Positions 9,538 through 17,559 of a DNA stretch of 64,000 bases are shown here, one piece after another (within the stretch, counting starts at the first letter, position 1; each line of letters begins with the position of its first letter). A program made the position numbers and the translations under genes. This DNA comes from Candidatus Limnocylindria bacterium. GTDB lineage: Bacteria > Chloroflexota > Limnocylindria > QHBO01. The DNA lies in assembly GCA_035701185.1 (NCBI GenBank), contig DASSNX010000169.1:1138-65137 (forward strand), read 5' to 3'. The notes under the pieces were generated by a model. That model saw nothing but the letters and a program-made list of their open reading frames with translations, ran no database searches and was not told the DNA's origin.

Positions 9538-9999
9538 ATGATGGTCCACCTCTACGACTACGACGTGCCCGCCGCCGATCCCGCCGCCGGCGTGCCGAAC
9601 CTGCGCGAGGCGCTCGCCCCCCTGGCTGATGACGACCGCAAGACCCTGCTGGGTGGCCTCTTCAAGCTGGAGCGCATGCCCGGCACCATGGAGCGGCTGA
9701 CGACGCTGGTGACCGACCTGGACGCCAGCTTCGGCGACTTGCTGACCGTGCTCGACAATGCCGCGCGGCGCCGCCGCTTCGTGGCAGTCGACGAGGCGAA
9801 GGCCGTCCTGGACCGATACCTCCCACCCGCGGCGATTGCCGGCACCCACGACTGGGACGTCGCCCGGCTGCACGAGCCCTATGGCGACGGCTCGTACCAC
9901 GGCAAGCTGCTCAAGCGGGTACGGAAGCAGCTGCGCAGCGTGTCGAACCGCGAGGCGCTGCTCACCCCCTTCCTGCTCCGTCGCGAGTGGGGCCGATGA
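9538..9999 (+). CDS. Hypothetical protein
   Basis: 153-aa ORF with balanced composition. Confidence 0.55.
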   Translation: MMVHLYDYDVPAADPAAGVPNLREALAPLADDDRKTLLGGLFKLERMPGTMERLTTLVTDLDASFGDLLTVLDNAARRRRFVAVDEAKAVLDRYLPPAAIAGTHDWDVARLHEPYGDGSYHGKLLKRVRKQLRSVSNREALLTPFLLRREWGR

Positions 10000-10130
10000 C
10001 GCGCCGGCGCCGCGGCCGCCCCTACCAGCCCTATCCGACGCGCACGACGAACTGGGGCGCGCGGCTCGTGATCGTGCTGGTTGGCCTCGTCATGATCCTC
10101 GGCTTCGCAGTCCTGACCTTCACGCGCTGA
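9996..10130 (+). CDS. Small (44 aa) single-pass membrane protein, translationally coupled (ATGA) to the upstream gene
   Basis: MTRRRRGRPYQPYPTRTTNWGARLVIVLVGLVMILGFAVLTFTR: basic N-terminus plus one TM helix; below the ORF-track size cutoff. Confidence 0.35.
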   Translation: MTRRRRGRPYQPYPTRTTNWGARLVIVLVGLVMILGFAVLTFTR

Positions 10131-10133
10131 GTT

Positions 10134-11180
10134 TCAGGCGCTGACCTTCAGGCGCTGACCTTCGCGGTGCCGGTCGCCGGCTGGACGCTGATCGGGCTTC
10201 GAACCCCGGCATTCCACCTGCAGCCGCAGCCGGTAGAGGACGTTCCATTCGTCGATGTTCAGGTTCGCGCGGTCGATCCTGGCCTGGACCTCGTCGAGGC
10301 GGCGGCGGAGCGCAGCCGGACTGCCGCCGTGCTCGCCGGCTTGCATGATCGCGTCCTCCAGCCGCTGGCTGTCCTCGCTCCAGGTGAGGTGCGCGCCGCG
10401 GAACGGGAGCTCACGCTGGAGCGCCGAACGGGCAACGTGCACCTTCGGCATCGGCCCCAGCACCGCGACGTTGGTGGCGTAGGCGTAGAGCTCGAGCCCG
10501 TCGGCGGTCAGGTACATCGGCTCGCCGCGCACCACGGCGCCCAGGAGGTGACGCACGGCGAAGCCGACGGTCCGCATCGGCCAGCTCTCGATGCCCTGGG
10601 CCTCCCGTACCTGAAGCTGGTCGACGCCGATGGTCCGCAGCGCACCCGCCACCGCCTCTGTCAGCGCCTCGTCATCGGTGCCGGGCTTCATGGACAGCGC
10701 GACCTGGACGAGCGTGCGCTTGTGGCGGATGCGCTCGATCAGCACGAACGGCGTCAGGATCACCATCTGCAGCACCGCGATCCCGAGCGAGGCGGTGGCG
10801 GGATACGACACCGGCACCATCCGGACCCACTGCCCGACGCTGCGCTCCTCCTGGAACTCGACCCAGATCGTGAGCGCGGCGATGACCGGCGGCGTCAGCA
10901 GCAGGCCGGCCGCGATGCCCAGGACCACCAGCGGCGTCACGTGGAAGTTGTGCGGGATGACGCCGAACGCATCCAGCGCGGCGCCGAGGAGCAGCGGCAC
11001 GGCGAAGCCGGCCAGCAGGATGACCCACGCGGCGGCGAGCAGGCTGCTGACCGCCAGCACGCGGCCCTGCTTGCCCGGCACCTGGCCGAAGTACAGGGCA
11101 GTGGCCCAGCCGAGCGCGAACGAGGCCGATCGGCTGACGGCCTGCCAGGCGAGCAACAGCACGAAGGGCAGGAATGGCAT
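10134..11180 (-). CDS. Hypothetical integral membrane protein with a C-terminal cytoplasmic domain
   Basis: About 4 N-terminal TM helices followed by a soluble domain; high GC3. Confidence 0.55.
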   Translation of the reverse strand: MPFLPFVLLLAWQAVSRSASFALGWATALYFGQVPGKQGRVLAVSSLLAAAWVILLAGFAVPLLLGAALDAFGVIPHNFHVTPLVVLGIAAGLLLTPPVIAALTIWVEFQEERSVGQWVRMVPVSYPATASLGIAVLQMVILTPFVLIERIRHKRTLVQVALSMKPGTDDEALTEAVAGALRTIGVDQLQVREAQGIESWPMRTVGFAVRHLLGAVVRGEPMYLTADGLELYAYATNVAVLGPMPKVHVARSALQRELPFRGAHLTWSEDSQRLEDAIMQAGEHGGSPAALRRRLDEVQARIDRANLNIDEWNVLYRLRLQVECRGSKPDQRPAGDRHREGQRLKVSA

Positions 11181-11246
11181 GCCGGTACGGACGAAGCACG
11201 ACGCGTGCCGCCCGCTCTCCGGGCCGGCGAGCGAAGGCCGCCGTGA

Positions 11247-11930
11247 TCAGTCGAGGTGGACGGTGACCCGGATGACGCCGGCGCTGGTATCGGCGTCCGA
11301 GATGGCGGCCCAGGCCTCCGGCGAGAGGTCGGCGACCTTTTGGTCAGCCGTGCCCCACAGGCAGCCGCAGTAGTCGGCCACCGGCAGGGTGGCGCAGCGG
11401 TCGGCGCAGATCGTCACGCTGCGCGCCGCGGGTGGCGCGTCGTAGTGCCCGCCGAGCGCGCCTGGCAGTGCCACCACCGCCTCACCGGTCCACCCGGCCG
11501 AGCAGCAGTACCAGGTTGCCAGGCCACTGACGCTGTTGCCCGACACCGGCGTGGCCGGCGGCGGTGGAGGGGGTGCAGTTGCCACGGCCGGTGCCGGCTC
11601 GGGCGGGACTGGCGTTGGAAGCGGCGTCGCCGCGCTGACGAGCATCGGCTGCATCTGGACCGATGCCGGGGTCGGCAGCGCGCGCGCTGCATGGGTGAGC
11701 GACTCGGCGCCGATGGGTCGCTGCTGGTCGAGGAGCGTCAGGGCTGCCAGCCGTTCGCGGCCGTCGGACCCTCGGTCGAGGGCGCTGACCGCCGCACCGG
11801 CGTCGAGCAGCGAGTCGCGCGTGTCGCCACGGGGAAGCGGCGCCGACTCGACGGCGAGCGGCGCGAGGAGGGCAATGCCCAGGGCGCTGACGAGGGTCAG
11901 TGCGGCGACGCGCCGCAGCAGATCCGGCAA
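11247..11930 (-). CDS. Secreted RlpA-like double-psi beta-barrel (DPBB) domain protein
   Basis: C-terminal GLATWY...G...AAH..LP.G..V.V RlpA/DPBB-like block; Pro-rich linker; probable TTG start at 11930 giving the signal peptide MPDLLRRVAALTLVSALGIALLAPLAVESA (the ORF-track ATG at 12017 adds low-complexity N-terminus). Confidence 0.55.
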   Translation of the reverse strand: MPDLLRRVAALTLVSALGIALLAPLAVESAPLPRGDTRDSLLDAGAAVSALDRGSDGRERLAALTLLDQQRPIGAESLTHAARALPTPASVQMQPMLVSAATPLPTPVPPEPAPAVATAPPPPPPATPVSGNSVSGLATWYCCSAGWTGEAVVALPGALGGHYDAPPAARSVTICADRCATLPVADYCGCLWGTADQKVADLSPEAWAAISDADTSAGVIRVTVHLD

Positions 11931-12084
11931 TAGGTTCCCCTGGCGTTGAGCGGGGCACGCGCCAAAGAGCGCACCATGGAATCGGTCCCCGCAGGACCGG
12001 GGCCACCCTACCATCACGCCCTGGGGCTGTCGACTCGCACCAGCCGATCTGCACTACCCTCCACCCAACCAGCAGGGAGCAGCC

Positions 12085-12933
12085 ATGCCGCGCAGGAAGA
12101 AGGAGCCGGAGCGCCGACGGGGCGCGGTGGTGGTCCGGGGCAAGGCTGATTCGCGGCGGCGCACGGAGGACCAGGAGCTGCTGCGCTCGGCGCCGGCGGC
12201 GGCCTTTGAGTTCCGCGAGACCGACACCTGGCGGACGCTTCGGATCATGGGCGAGTTCGTGGAGGGCTTCGACGCCCTGGCCGAGATCGGCCCCGCGGTC
12301 ACCGTCTTCGGGTCGGCCCGGGTCGGCCGGCGCAACCGCTACTACGGCGCCGCGCGACGCGTGGCCGCCGCCCTCGCCAAGAACGGCTTCGCGATCATCA
12401 CCGGCGGCGGTCCGGGGATCATGGAGGCCGCCAACCGGGGAGCCAAGGAGGGCGGCAGCCTCTCCATCGGCTGCAACATCGAGCTCCCGTTCGAGCAGGG
12501 GCTGAACGAGTACGTCGACCTGGGCATGGAGTTCCGCTACTTCTTCGTGCGCAAGACGATGTTCGTCAAGTACGCGGAGGGCTTCGTCATCTTCCCCGGG
12601 GGGTTCGGCACCCTGGACGAGCTGTTCGAATCACTCACCCTCATCCAGACCGGCAAGGTCGAGCATTTCCCGATCGTGCTCTACGGCAGGGAGTACTGGA
12701 ACGGGCTGCTCAAGTGGATCCGCGATCGGCCGCTGTACGAGGAGAAGATCAGCCCGGAGGACCTGGACCTGCTGACCGTCACGGATGACGTCGATACCGC
12801 CTGCAACGCGATCCTCGAGTCGCGCAAGAACCGCGAGGCGCGCGAAGCCCGGCGCGCGGACGAAAAGGCAAGCGTCCAGGCCACCGCGGAGGCCCGTCAG
12901 GAGGCAGCAGGCGGGTCTCGAAATGCGGATTGA
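12085..12933 (+). CDS. LOG family protein (cytokinin riboside 5'-monophosphate phosphoribohydrolase-like, TIGR00730)
   Basis: VFGSARV...GGGPGIMEA...PGGFGTLDE motifs; AGGGAG SD. Confidence 0.85.
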   Translation: MPRRKKEPERRRGAVVVRGKADSRRRTEDQELLRSAPAAAFEFRETDTWRTLRIMGEFVEGFDALAEIGPAVTVFGSARVGRRNRYYGAARRVAAALAKNGFAIITGGGPGIMEAANRGAKEGGSLSIGCNIELPFEQGLNEYVDLGMEFRYFFVRKTMFVKYAEGFVIFPGGFGTLDELFESLTLIQTGKVEHFPIVLYGREYWNGLLKWIRDRPLYEEKISPEDLDLLTVTDDVDTACNAILESRKNREAREARRADEKASVQATAEARQEAAGGSRNAD

Positions 12934-12976
12934 ATCGGCGTGCAGGAATCCGATACTTTGCTAACCACCTGCTGCT

Positions 12977-13007
12977 AGGATGCCCGCGTCGGCGACGCGC
13001 CGACATC
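12977..13007 (+). terminator. GC-rich hairpin downstream of the LOG gene (possible terminator without a U-tract)
   Basis: GGATG-cccgc-GTCGGCG-acg-CGCCGAC-ATCC inverted repeat. Confidence 0.3.
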
Positions 13008-13377
13008 CGCTCAGAGCAAACCCGTCGCGAGGCGGGGACGCAACGCCACGGACCTCTTCCGGGCAATCGGGGGTAGGCCGCCGGGCTGCCGGATCTTCGA
13101 TCCAGGCGATGGGACGGCCACGTTGCCCACACCGACCATCGGTTTGAGTTGACCCTCCCAGTCGCATGACGCGCACCCATTGGTGCTGGGCGCCAATGGG
13201 CACAAAAGGCGATCGGACGCGCCGCTAGGAGGGAGGTGGCCCGAACAACTGTCCGAGCACGTCACTTCCTGCAGCACGTCCGATCGTGCGACGCGTGACC
13301 GTACTTGGGAGTCCGTCCACGACGTCGATCGCATCGTACTGCAGGCTCCTGTTGCCCATTCCATCGGAGCTTGAGCA

Positions 13378-13905
13378 GTGCCACGCACCCGGCTGTGCTC
13401 GCGACCACGCACCCTGTGGTCGCGTCTTCTGACCGTCCTGCTCCTCGGAGCAGGGTTCGCGGTCCTGGCCCTTGCGTTCGCCGTGCGGCTCGCGGGATTG
13501 CATTTCCAGACCGTCCTGACGAATTCGATGCGGCCGACCTTCTCGGCCGGCGACGTCGTCGTGACGCGACCCGTGAGCATCGGCTCCGTCCAGGTGGGCG
13601 ATGTCATCGCGTTCCAGCCGCCCAACGGCTCGGAACCGGTCATTCACCGGGTCACGTCGGAGAAGGACGGCGTGATCAGGACGCGGGGTGACGCAAACCC
13701 GGTCAACGACCCATGGAAGGTCAGGCTGGAGGGCTCGACGGCGTATCGCCTGATCGCGGTCCTGCCTGGCCTCGGCTGGTTGGCGACCCTGCAGCGTCCC
13801 CTGCTCCTGCTGGCCGCGCTCCTCGCGATGCTCGCCATCGCGCTCGAGCTGCGAAACGTGGTGCAAGCCCGAACCAAGCGGGCCGTGCCCGAGCCACGAC
13901 CCTGA
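13378..13905 (+). CDS. Signal peptidase I, SipW/Sec11 type (S26B)
   Basis: N-terminal TM, catalytic Ser (TNSMRPTFSAGD), His (VIHRV) and RGDAN motifs typical of archaeal/eukaryal-type SPase (SipW-like); C-terminal TM anchor; GTG start with GGAG. Confidence 0.8.
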   Translation: MPRTRLCSRPRTLWSRLLTVLLLGAGFAVLALAFAVRLAGLHFQTVLTNSMRPTFSAGDVVVTRPVSIGSVQVGDVIAFQPPNGSEPVIHRVTSEKDGVIRTRGDANPVNDPWKVRLEGSTAYRLIAVLPGLGWLATLQRPLLLLAALLAMLAIALELRNVVQARTKRAVPEPRP

Positions 13906-13960
13906 CCGGACGGTCCTGCCGGGCCGATCGGGGCGTTCCAATTCAGGGAGGACTCATTTC

Positions 13961-15148
13961 GTGACGCTACGCAAGACCGCCGCTGCGCTGGCAGTGGCTG
14001 GCCTGATCGTCGGACTCATCGGGTCCGGGATCGGCGCCAGCTTCGTGTCGACGCTGACGGCCACCGAAAACATCCAGGTCGGCGGATTCGCCTGCCGGAT
14101 CATCGAGCCGAGTGACGGCACGGTTGCCGGTGACGGGAAGTCGGTAACCTATGACGCGCCGACCATCACCAGCTCGGCGGCCGGCAATGCCCCGTTCTCG
14201 TTCACCGTCGAGAACAACGGCGACATCGACCAGCTGCTGACGGTCTCGAAGACCGGCCAGAGCGGAAACCTGTCGGGGAAGTTCTCTGACATGCCGGCCT
14301 CGCCGTCACCCGTCACGCTGCCGGCCGGCGGCTCCGTGGAGATCACCACCGGCATCCAGTGGACCGAGCTCGACAACGACGATCTGGGCCGGTTCGGCTC
14401 CATGGTCTGGACGATCAACTGCGGCGAGGCCAGTGTCGGCTTCGACAACGCCCCGAACGTGCTGCCAGGAAACCTGCCGAGCTACGGCCCCGAGGCCTAC
14501 TCGTTCGACGAGTGGGGCGGCCAGGTCGCGCTGGCGGGGACTGCCCGGGATCTTTCGGCGGCCACCGTCACCCTGAGCAGCTGGGCCTGCGAGAGCGGCA
14601 CTTGGAACGGGAACGACTGCGCGACCACCCCGGGCGCGACCTTCAACGTGCCGATCACGTTCAACGTCTACAACGTCGGCCCCAGCAACGCAGTCGGCTC
14701 GCTCATCACGAGCAAGACCCAGACGTTCGCGGTTCCGTTCCGGCCCAGCGCCGACGCGGTCAACTGCACCGGACCCGACGCCGGGAAGTGGTTCAACGGC
14801 ACGACCTGCTTCAACGGCAAGGCCGTGAACGTCACGTTCAGCTTCGCCGGCGAGACGTTGCCGGACAACGTGATCTTCGGGATCACCTTCAACACGAGCA
14901 ACTACGGCTATGCGCCGCTCGGGGCTGGCACACACCCGACCGACTCGCTCAACATCGCGACCTACCCCGGCAATGGCGTGTCCACGCCGGCCGAGGTCGG
15001 GAGCTGGGTGCCGGACGACGTGTCCGCGTACGTGGCGAACGGTGCGGCGAACACGCCGTTCGCGGGGCCGGTCACGAACCTCCCGACCGGCCCGGGCGAC
15101 AACTTCGTCGGCTACATGCCGGCGGTCCAGATCTTCACGGCCCCGTAG
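13961..15148 (+). CDS. Secreted protein with TasA/camelysin-like SipW-cognate N-terminal signal
   Basis: Signal/TM helix then GASFVSTLTATENIQVGGF, resembling the SipW-cognate consensus (A.F.D.E...N.F.AG) of TasA/CalY; flanked by two sipW-type genes; Gly/Thr/Asn-rich beta-type composition; GTG start with AGGGAGG SD. Confidence 0.65.
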   Translation: MTLRKTAAALAVAGLIVGLIGSGIGASFVSTLTATENIQVGGFACRIIEPSDGTVAGDGKSVTYDAPTITSSAAGNAPFSFTVENNGDIDQLLTVSKTGQSGNLSGKFSDMPASPSPVTLPAGGSVEITTGIQWTELDNDDLGRFGSMVWTINCGEASVGFDNAPNVLPGNLPSYGPEAYSFDEWGGQVALAGTARDLSAATVTLSSWACESGTWNGNDCATTPGATFNVPITFNVYNVGPSNAVGSLITSKTQTFAVPFRPSADAVNCTGPDAGKWFNGTTCFNGKAVNVTFSFAGETLPDNVIFGITFNTSNYGYAPLGAGTHPTDSLNIATYPGNGVSTPAEVGSWVPDDVSAYVANGAANTPFAGPVTNLPTGPGDNFVGYMPAVQIFTAP

Positions 15149-15171
15149 CGGCGGAGGACTGGTAACCCGAA

Positions 15172-16392
15172 ATGGCCGGCAGGCAGGCGCTGATCTCCCG
15201 CCACGGTGGCGGGCGCCTGCCTGCTGCGACGCAGCTGATTCCCGGACCCGGCCATGCGCTGCATGGTCGGGTCCCCCACCTCTCGCCGAGGGCGCTGCTC
15301 GGTGCGGCGCTCGAAGCCCTGCTGGTGGCGGCCATCGCGCTGGCGGCCTTCATCGCGCTCGGCCTGGTCGGCAATCCCTGGTACCGCGTCATCGGCATCG
15401 ACGGTGGGTCCATGCAGCCGACCCTGTCTCAGGGCGACCTGATCGTGGTCCGTCCCACACCCTCGATCATCGAGCCCGGCATGATCCTGGTCATGACGGT
15501 GGGCGACGAGACCGTCACGCACCGCGTCGTCGCCGTTGGCCCCAATGGAACCTTCACGACCCGCGGCGACGCGAACGCGGCAGATGACCACTGGGATGCG
15601 CGGGACGTCCGCGTCCGGGGGCTCTACGTCGCGACCATCCCCTGGCTGGGACGGGTCCTGCCGGTCCCCGACACGTCCGAAGCCCTGTTCACCGACGAGG
15701 TGACCGCGACGATGCAGCTCACGGTCGGTCCGTTCACGACGCCGAATCCGCCGCCCACGCCAGCCGAGTGTGGCGACATGAAGTTCGCCGAGGTCCTGGT
15801 CGGCACGTCCGGCGACGATGTATTCCACGCCGCCAACGGTGGTGCCCTCATCTTCGGCCTCGGCGGCAACGACACGATTTACGGCGGGAACGCCAAGGAC
15901 TGCCTCGTCGGGGGCGACGGCAACGACCTGCTGGTCGGCGGCAACGGCAAGGACGTCCTCCTCGGCGAGGACGGCAACGATGTCCTGGTCGGCGGTGCCG
16001 ACAACGACGTGGCCGAGGGCGGCAACGGCAAGGACCGCCTGGACGGCGGCGACGGGACCGATGCGTGCATCGGCACCAGGAAGGACACGTACGTCGACTG
16101 CGAGTCGGTCAGCAACGGCTCCAGCAGCCCGACTACCGATGGACCCCGCCGGTTGAGTACGCCTGAACCGACACCGGTCAGCCAGCCGCCGGATCCCGCG
16201 GGTGCGACGCCGTCATCGGCCGAGACACCGTCACCGGATCCAACGCCCAGCCCATCGGCTGAGCCGACGGCCGCACCCGAGACGCCAACGCCGACGCCGG
16301 ACCCCACGCCGACCGTGCCCGGAGGGCAGGCGCAAAGAGGGTGGGAGATCGGTCACGAGTGGCGGGCCCGACCGGATTCGAACCGGCGCTAG
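15172..16392 (+). CDS. Signal peptidase I (SipW/S26B type) fused to RTX calcium-binding repeats and a Pro/Thr-rich tail
   Basis: GGSMQPTLSQGDLIVV (Ser), VTHRVV (His) and TTRGDAN motifs, then about 8 GGxGxDxxx nonapeptide repeats (GGNDTIYGGNAKDCLVGGDGNDLLVGGNGKDVLLGEDGNDVLVGGADNDVAEGGNGKDRLDGGDGTD) and a PT-rich linker. Confidence 0.7.
   Translation: MAGRQALISRHGGGRLPAATQLIPGPGHALHGRVPHLSPRALLGAALEALLVAAIALAAFIALGLVGNPWYRVIGIDGGSMQPTLSQGDLIVVRPTPSIIEPGMILVMTVGDETVTHRVVAVGPNGTFTTRGDANAADDHWDARDVRVRGLYVATIPWLGRVLPVPDTSEALFTDEVTATMQLTVGPFTTPNPPPTPAECGDMKFAEVLVGTSGDDVFHAANGGALIFGLGGNDTIYGGNAKDCLVGGDGNDLLVGGNGKDVLLGEDGNDVLVGGADNDVAEGGNGKDRLDGGDGTDACIGTRKDTYVDCESVSNGSSSPTTDGPRRLSTPEPTPVSQPPDPAGATPSSAETPSPDPTPSPSAEPTAAPETPTPTPDPTPTVPGGQAQRGWEIGHEWRARPDSNRR
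16360..16388. repeat. attL: 29-bp direct repeat identical to the 3' end of tRNA-Asp
   Basis: tggcgggcccgaccggattcgaaccggcg at 16360-16388 is identical to 20950-20978. Confidence 0.75.
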
Positions 16393-16585
16393 CAGCACCC
16401 ACGATCCGTATTCCGATCATCCGCAGGTCAGAGTGGCTGCTAGCTGCCGGTTGTCGGCCTAATAATCAGGAAGCGCTGCCACGCACGGTCGGTTCGTCCA
16501 GGAAGGCTGGCGAGCGATAATCCGCTCATCTGGTGACGCGGCTTCTAGTCACGACAGGCTAGATGTCACAATGAGAACATACGTT

Positions 16586-17308
16586 CTATGCTAGATCGCG
16601 GATGGCCGTTGTACCTTCGCGCCGCCGAGATATCTGATTTTCGGGCCAATCGGCTGCTGCGATACGAAGTTCGGGATGTCCGCGATCGTACCGAGAAGCG
16701 GCTCTATCTCTATGCCCACCGAGAGACAGCGAGGCATGTGCAGTTGGGTCTCCGAAGCCTGGGCTGCGATCCGCTGACGATGACAGATGAGCAGCGTCGG
16801 GACTGGACCCACCGGTACAGCCTCGACGGTCCCCTCGATGAGGAATCGGAGTCTTTCTTGGAGTTGATGAAGGAGGTCCTGACCTTGAATGTCCCGTCCG
16901 AAATCGACGCGGCGCTCGCGCTGGACTTCCATTAGGATCCCGAGTCGCATGAAGACCGGATGCAGTGGAAGAACACCGAGGTCTGACCCACTCAATGGGT
17001 GTAGGCAGCTTCGAAGGGTTCTGCCAGTAACACTCCTGGGCCAGCGAGTAGCCCAGTTCCTCAACGGCCCGGATCACAAACTTCCACTGCACCAGCGTCC
17101 GGGCAGGCTCTCCGCGGCGGTAGGCGGGGCCAATATCGATGACGAACGACCCGGTGTCCGCCAGCTTCGGCTTCAGCTCACGTGCGAAGCTCAGCAGCCA
17201 ATCGAGGTACTCATCTTCGACCGTGTTGCCGTATGCCTTCGGCCGGAGCAGAGCGAATGGGGGTGACGTGATGGCCAGGTCCACAGACTGATTGGCCAGT
17301 GTCGGCAA
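16586..17308 (-). pseudogene. DNA N6-adenine/N4-cytosine methyltransferase remnant (beta-class, motif IV SPPF), apparently frameshifted or truncated
   Basis: N-terminal ~108 aa (VDLAITSPPF...IIW-like IEWV) look like a DNA MTase; the rest of the ORF is low-complexity and no motif I (FxGxG) is present in any frame. Confidence 0.45.
16588..16935 (+). CDS. Hypothetical protein (island cargo)
   Basis: 115-aa ORF with protein-like composition in the low-GC region; antisense to the degenerate part of the methyltransferase ORF. Confidence 0.35.
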   Translation: MLDRGWPLYLRAAEISDFRANRLLRYEVRDVRDRTEKRLYLYAHRETARHVQLGLRSLGCDPLTMTDEQRRDWTHRYSLDGPLDEESESFLELMKEVLTLNVPSEIDAALALDFH

Positions 17309-17559
17309 CCATTCCAGGCTACACCTGAAACTGCGGTGCCGAGCTGAGTCTGGTAGGCCGACCGAATCGTCACGGATGCACTCTAGCGGTCCAGCGGTTT
17401 CCTGTGCCCGACCTCATCGCCAGCCGGTGCGGCCATCTTCTCATCCCCGCAGAGAACGACATGCAGTTCTCGGGGCCTAATGCTTGATTTCCGTCGTGGA
17501 GTTAGCCGATACTGCATCCAATCGGCTGCCGACTCGGATGCCGAGCAGGGAGGGATGCT

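Noticed and set aside
13180-13374. 64-aa ORF in the leader upstream of sipW
   Set aside because: Its third-codon-position GC is about 60% against more than 85% in genuine genes here, and it has no SD. It is probably non-coding regulatory DNA.
16889-17266. 125-aa plus-strand ORF inside the island
   Set aside because: It is antisense to the intact N-terminal part of the methyltransferase remnant and Arg/Pro-rich.
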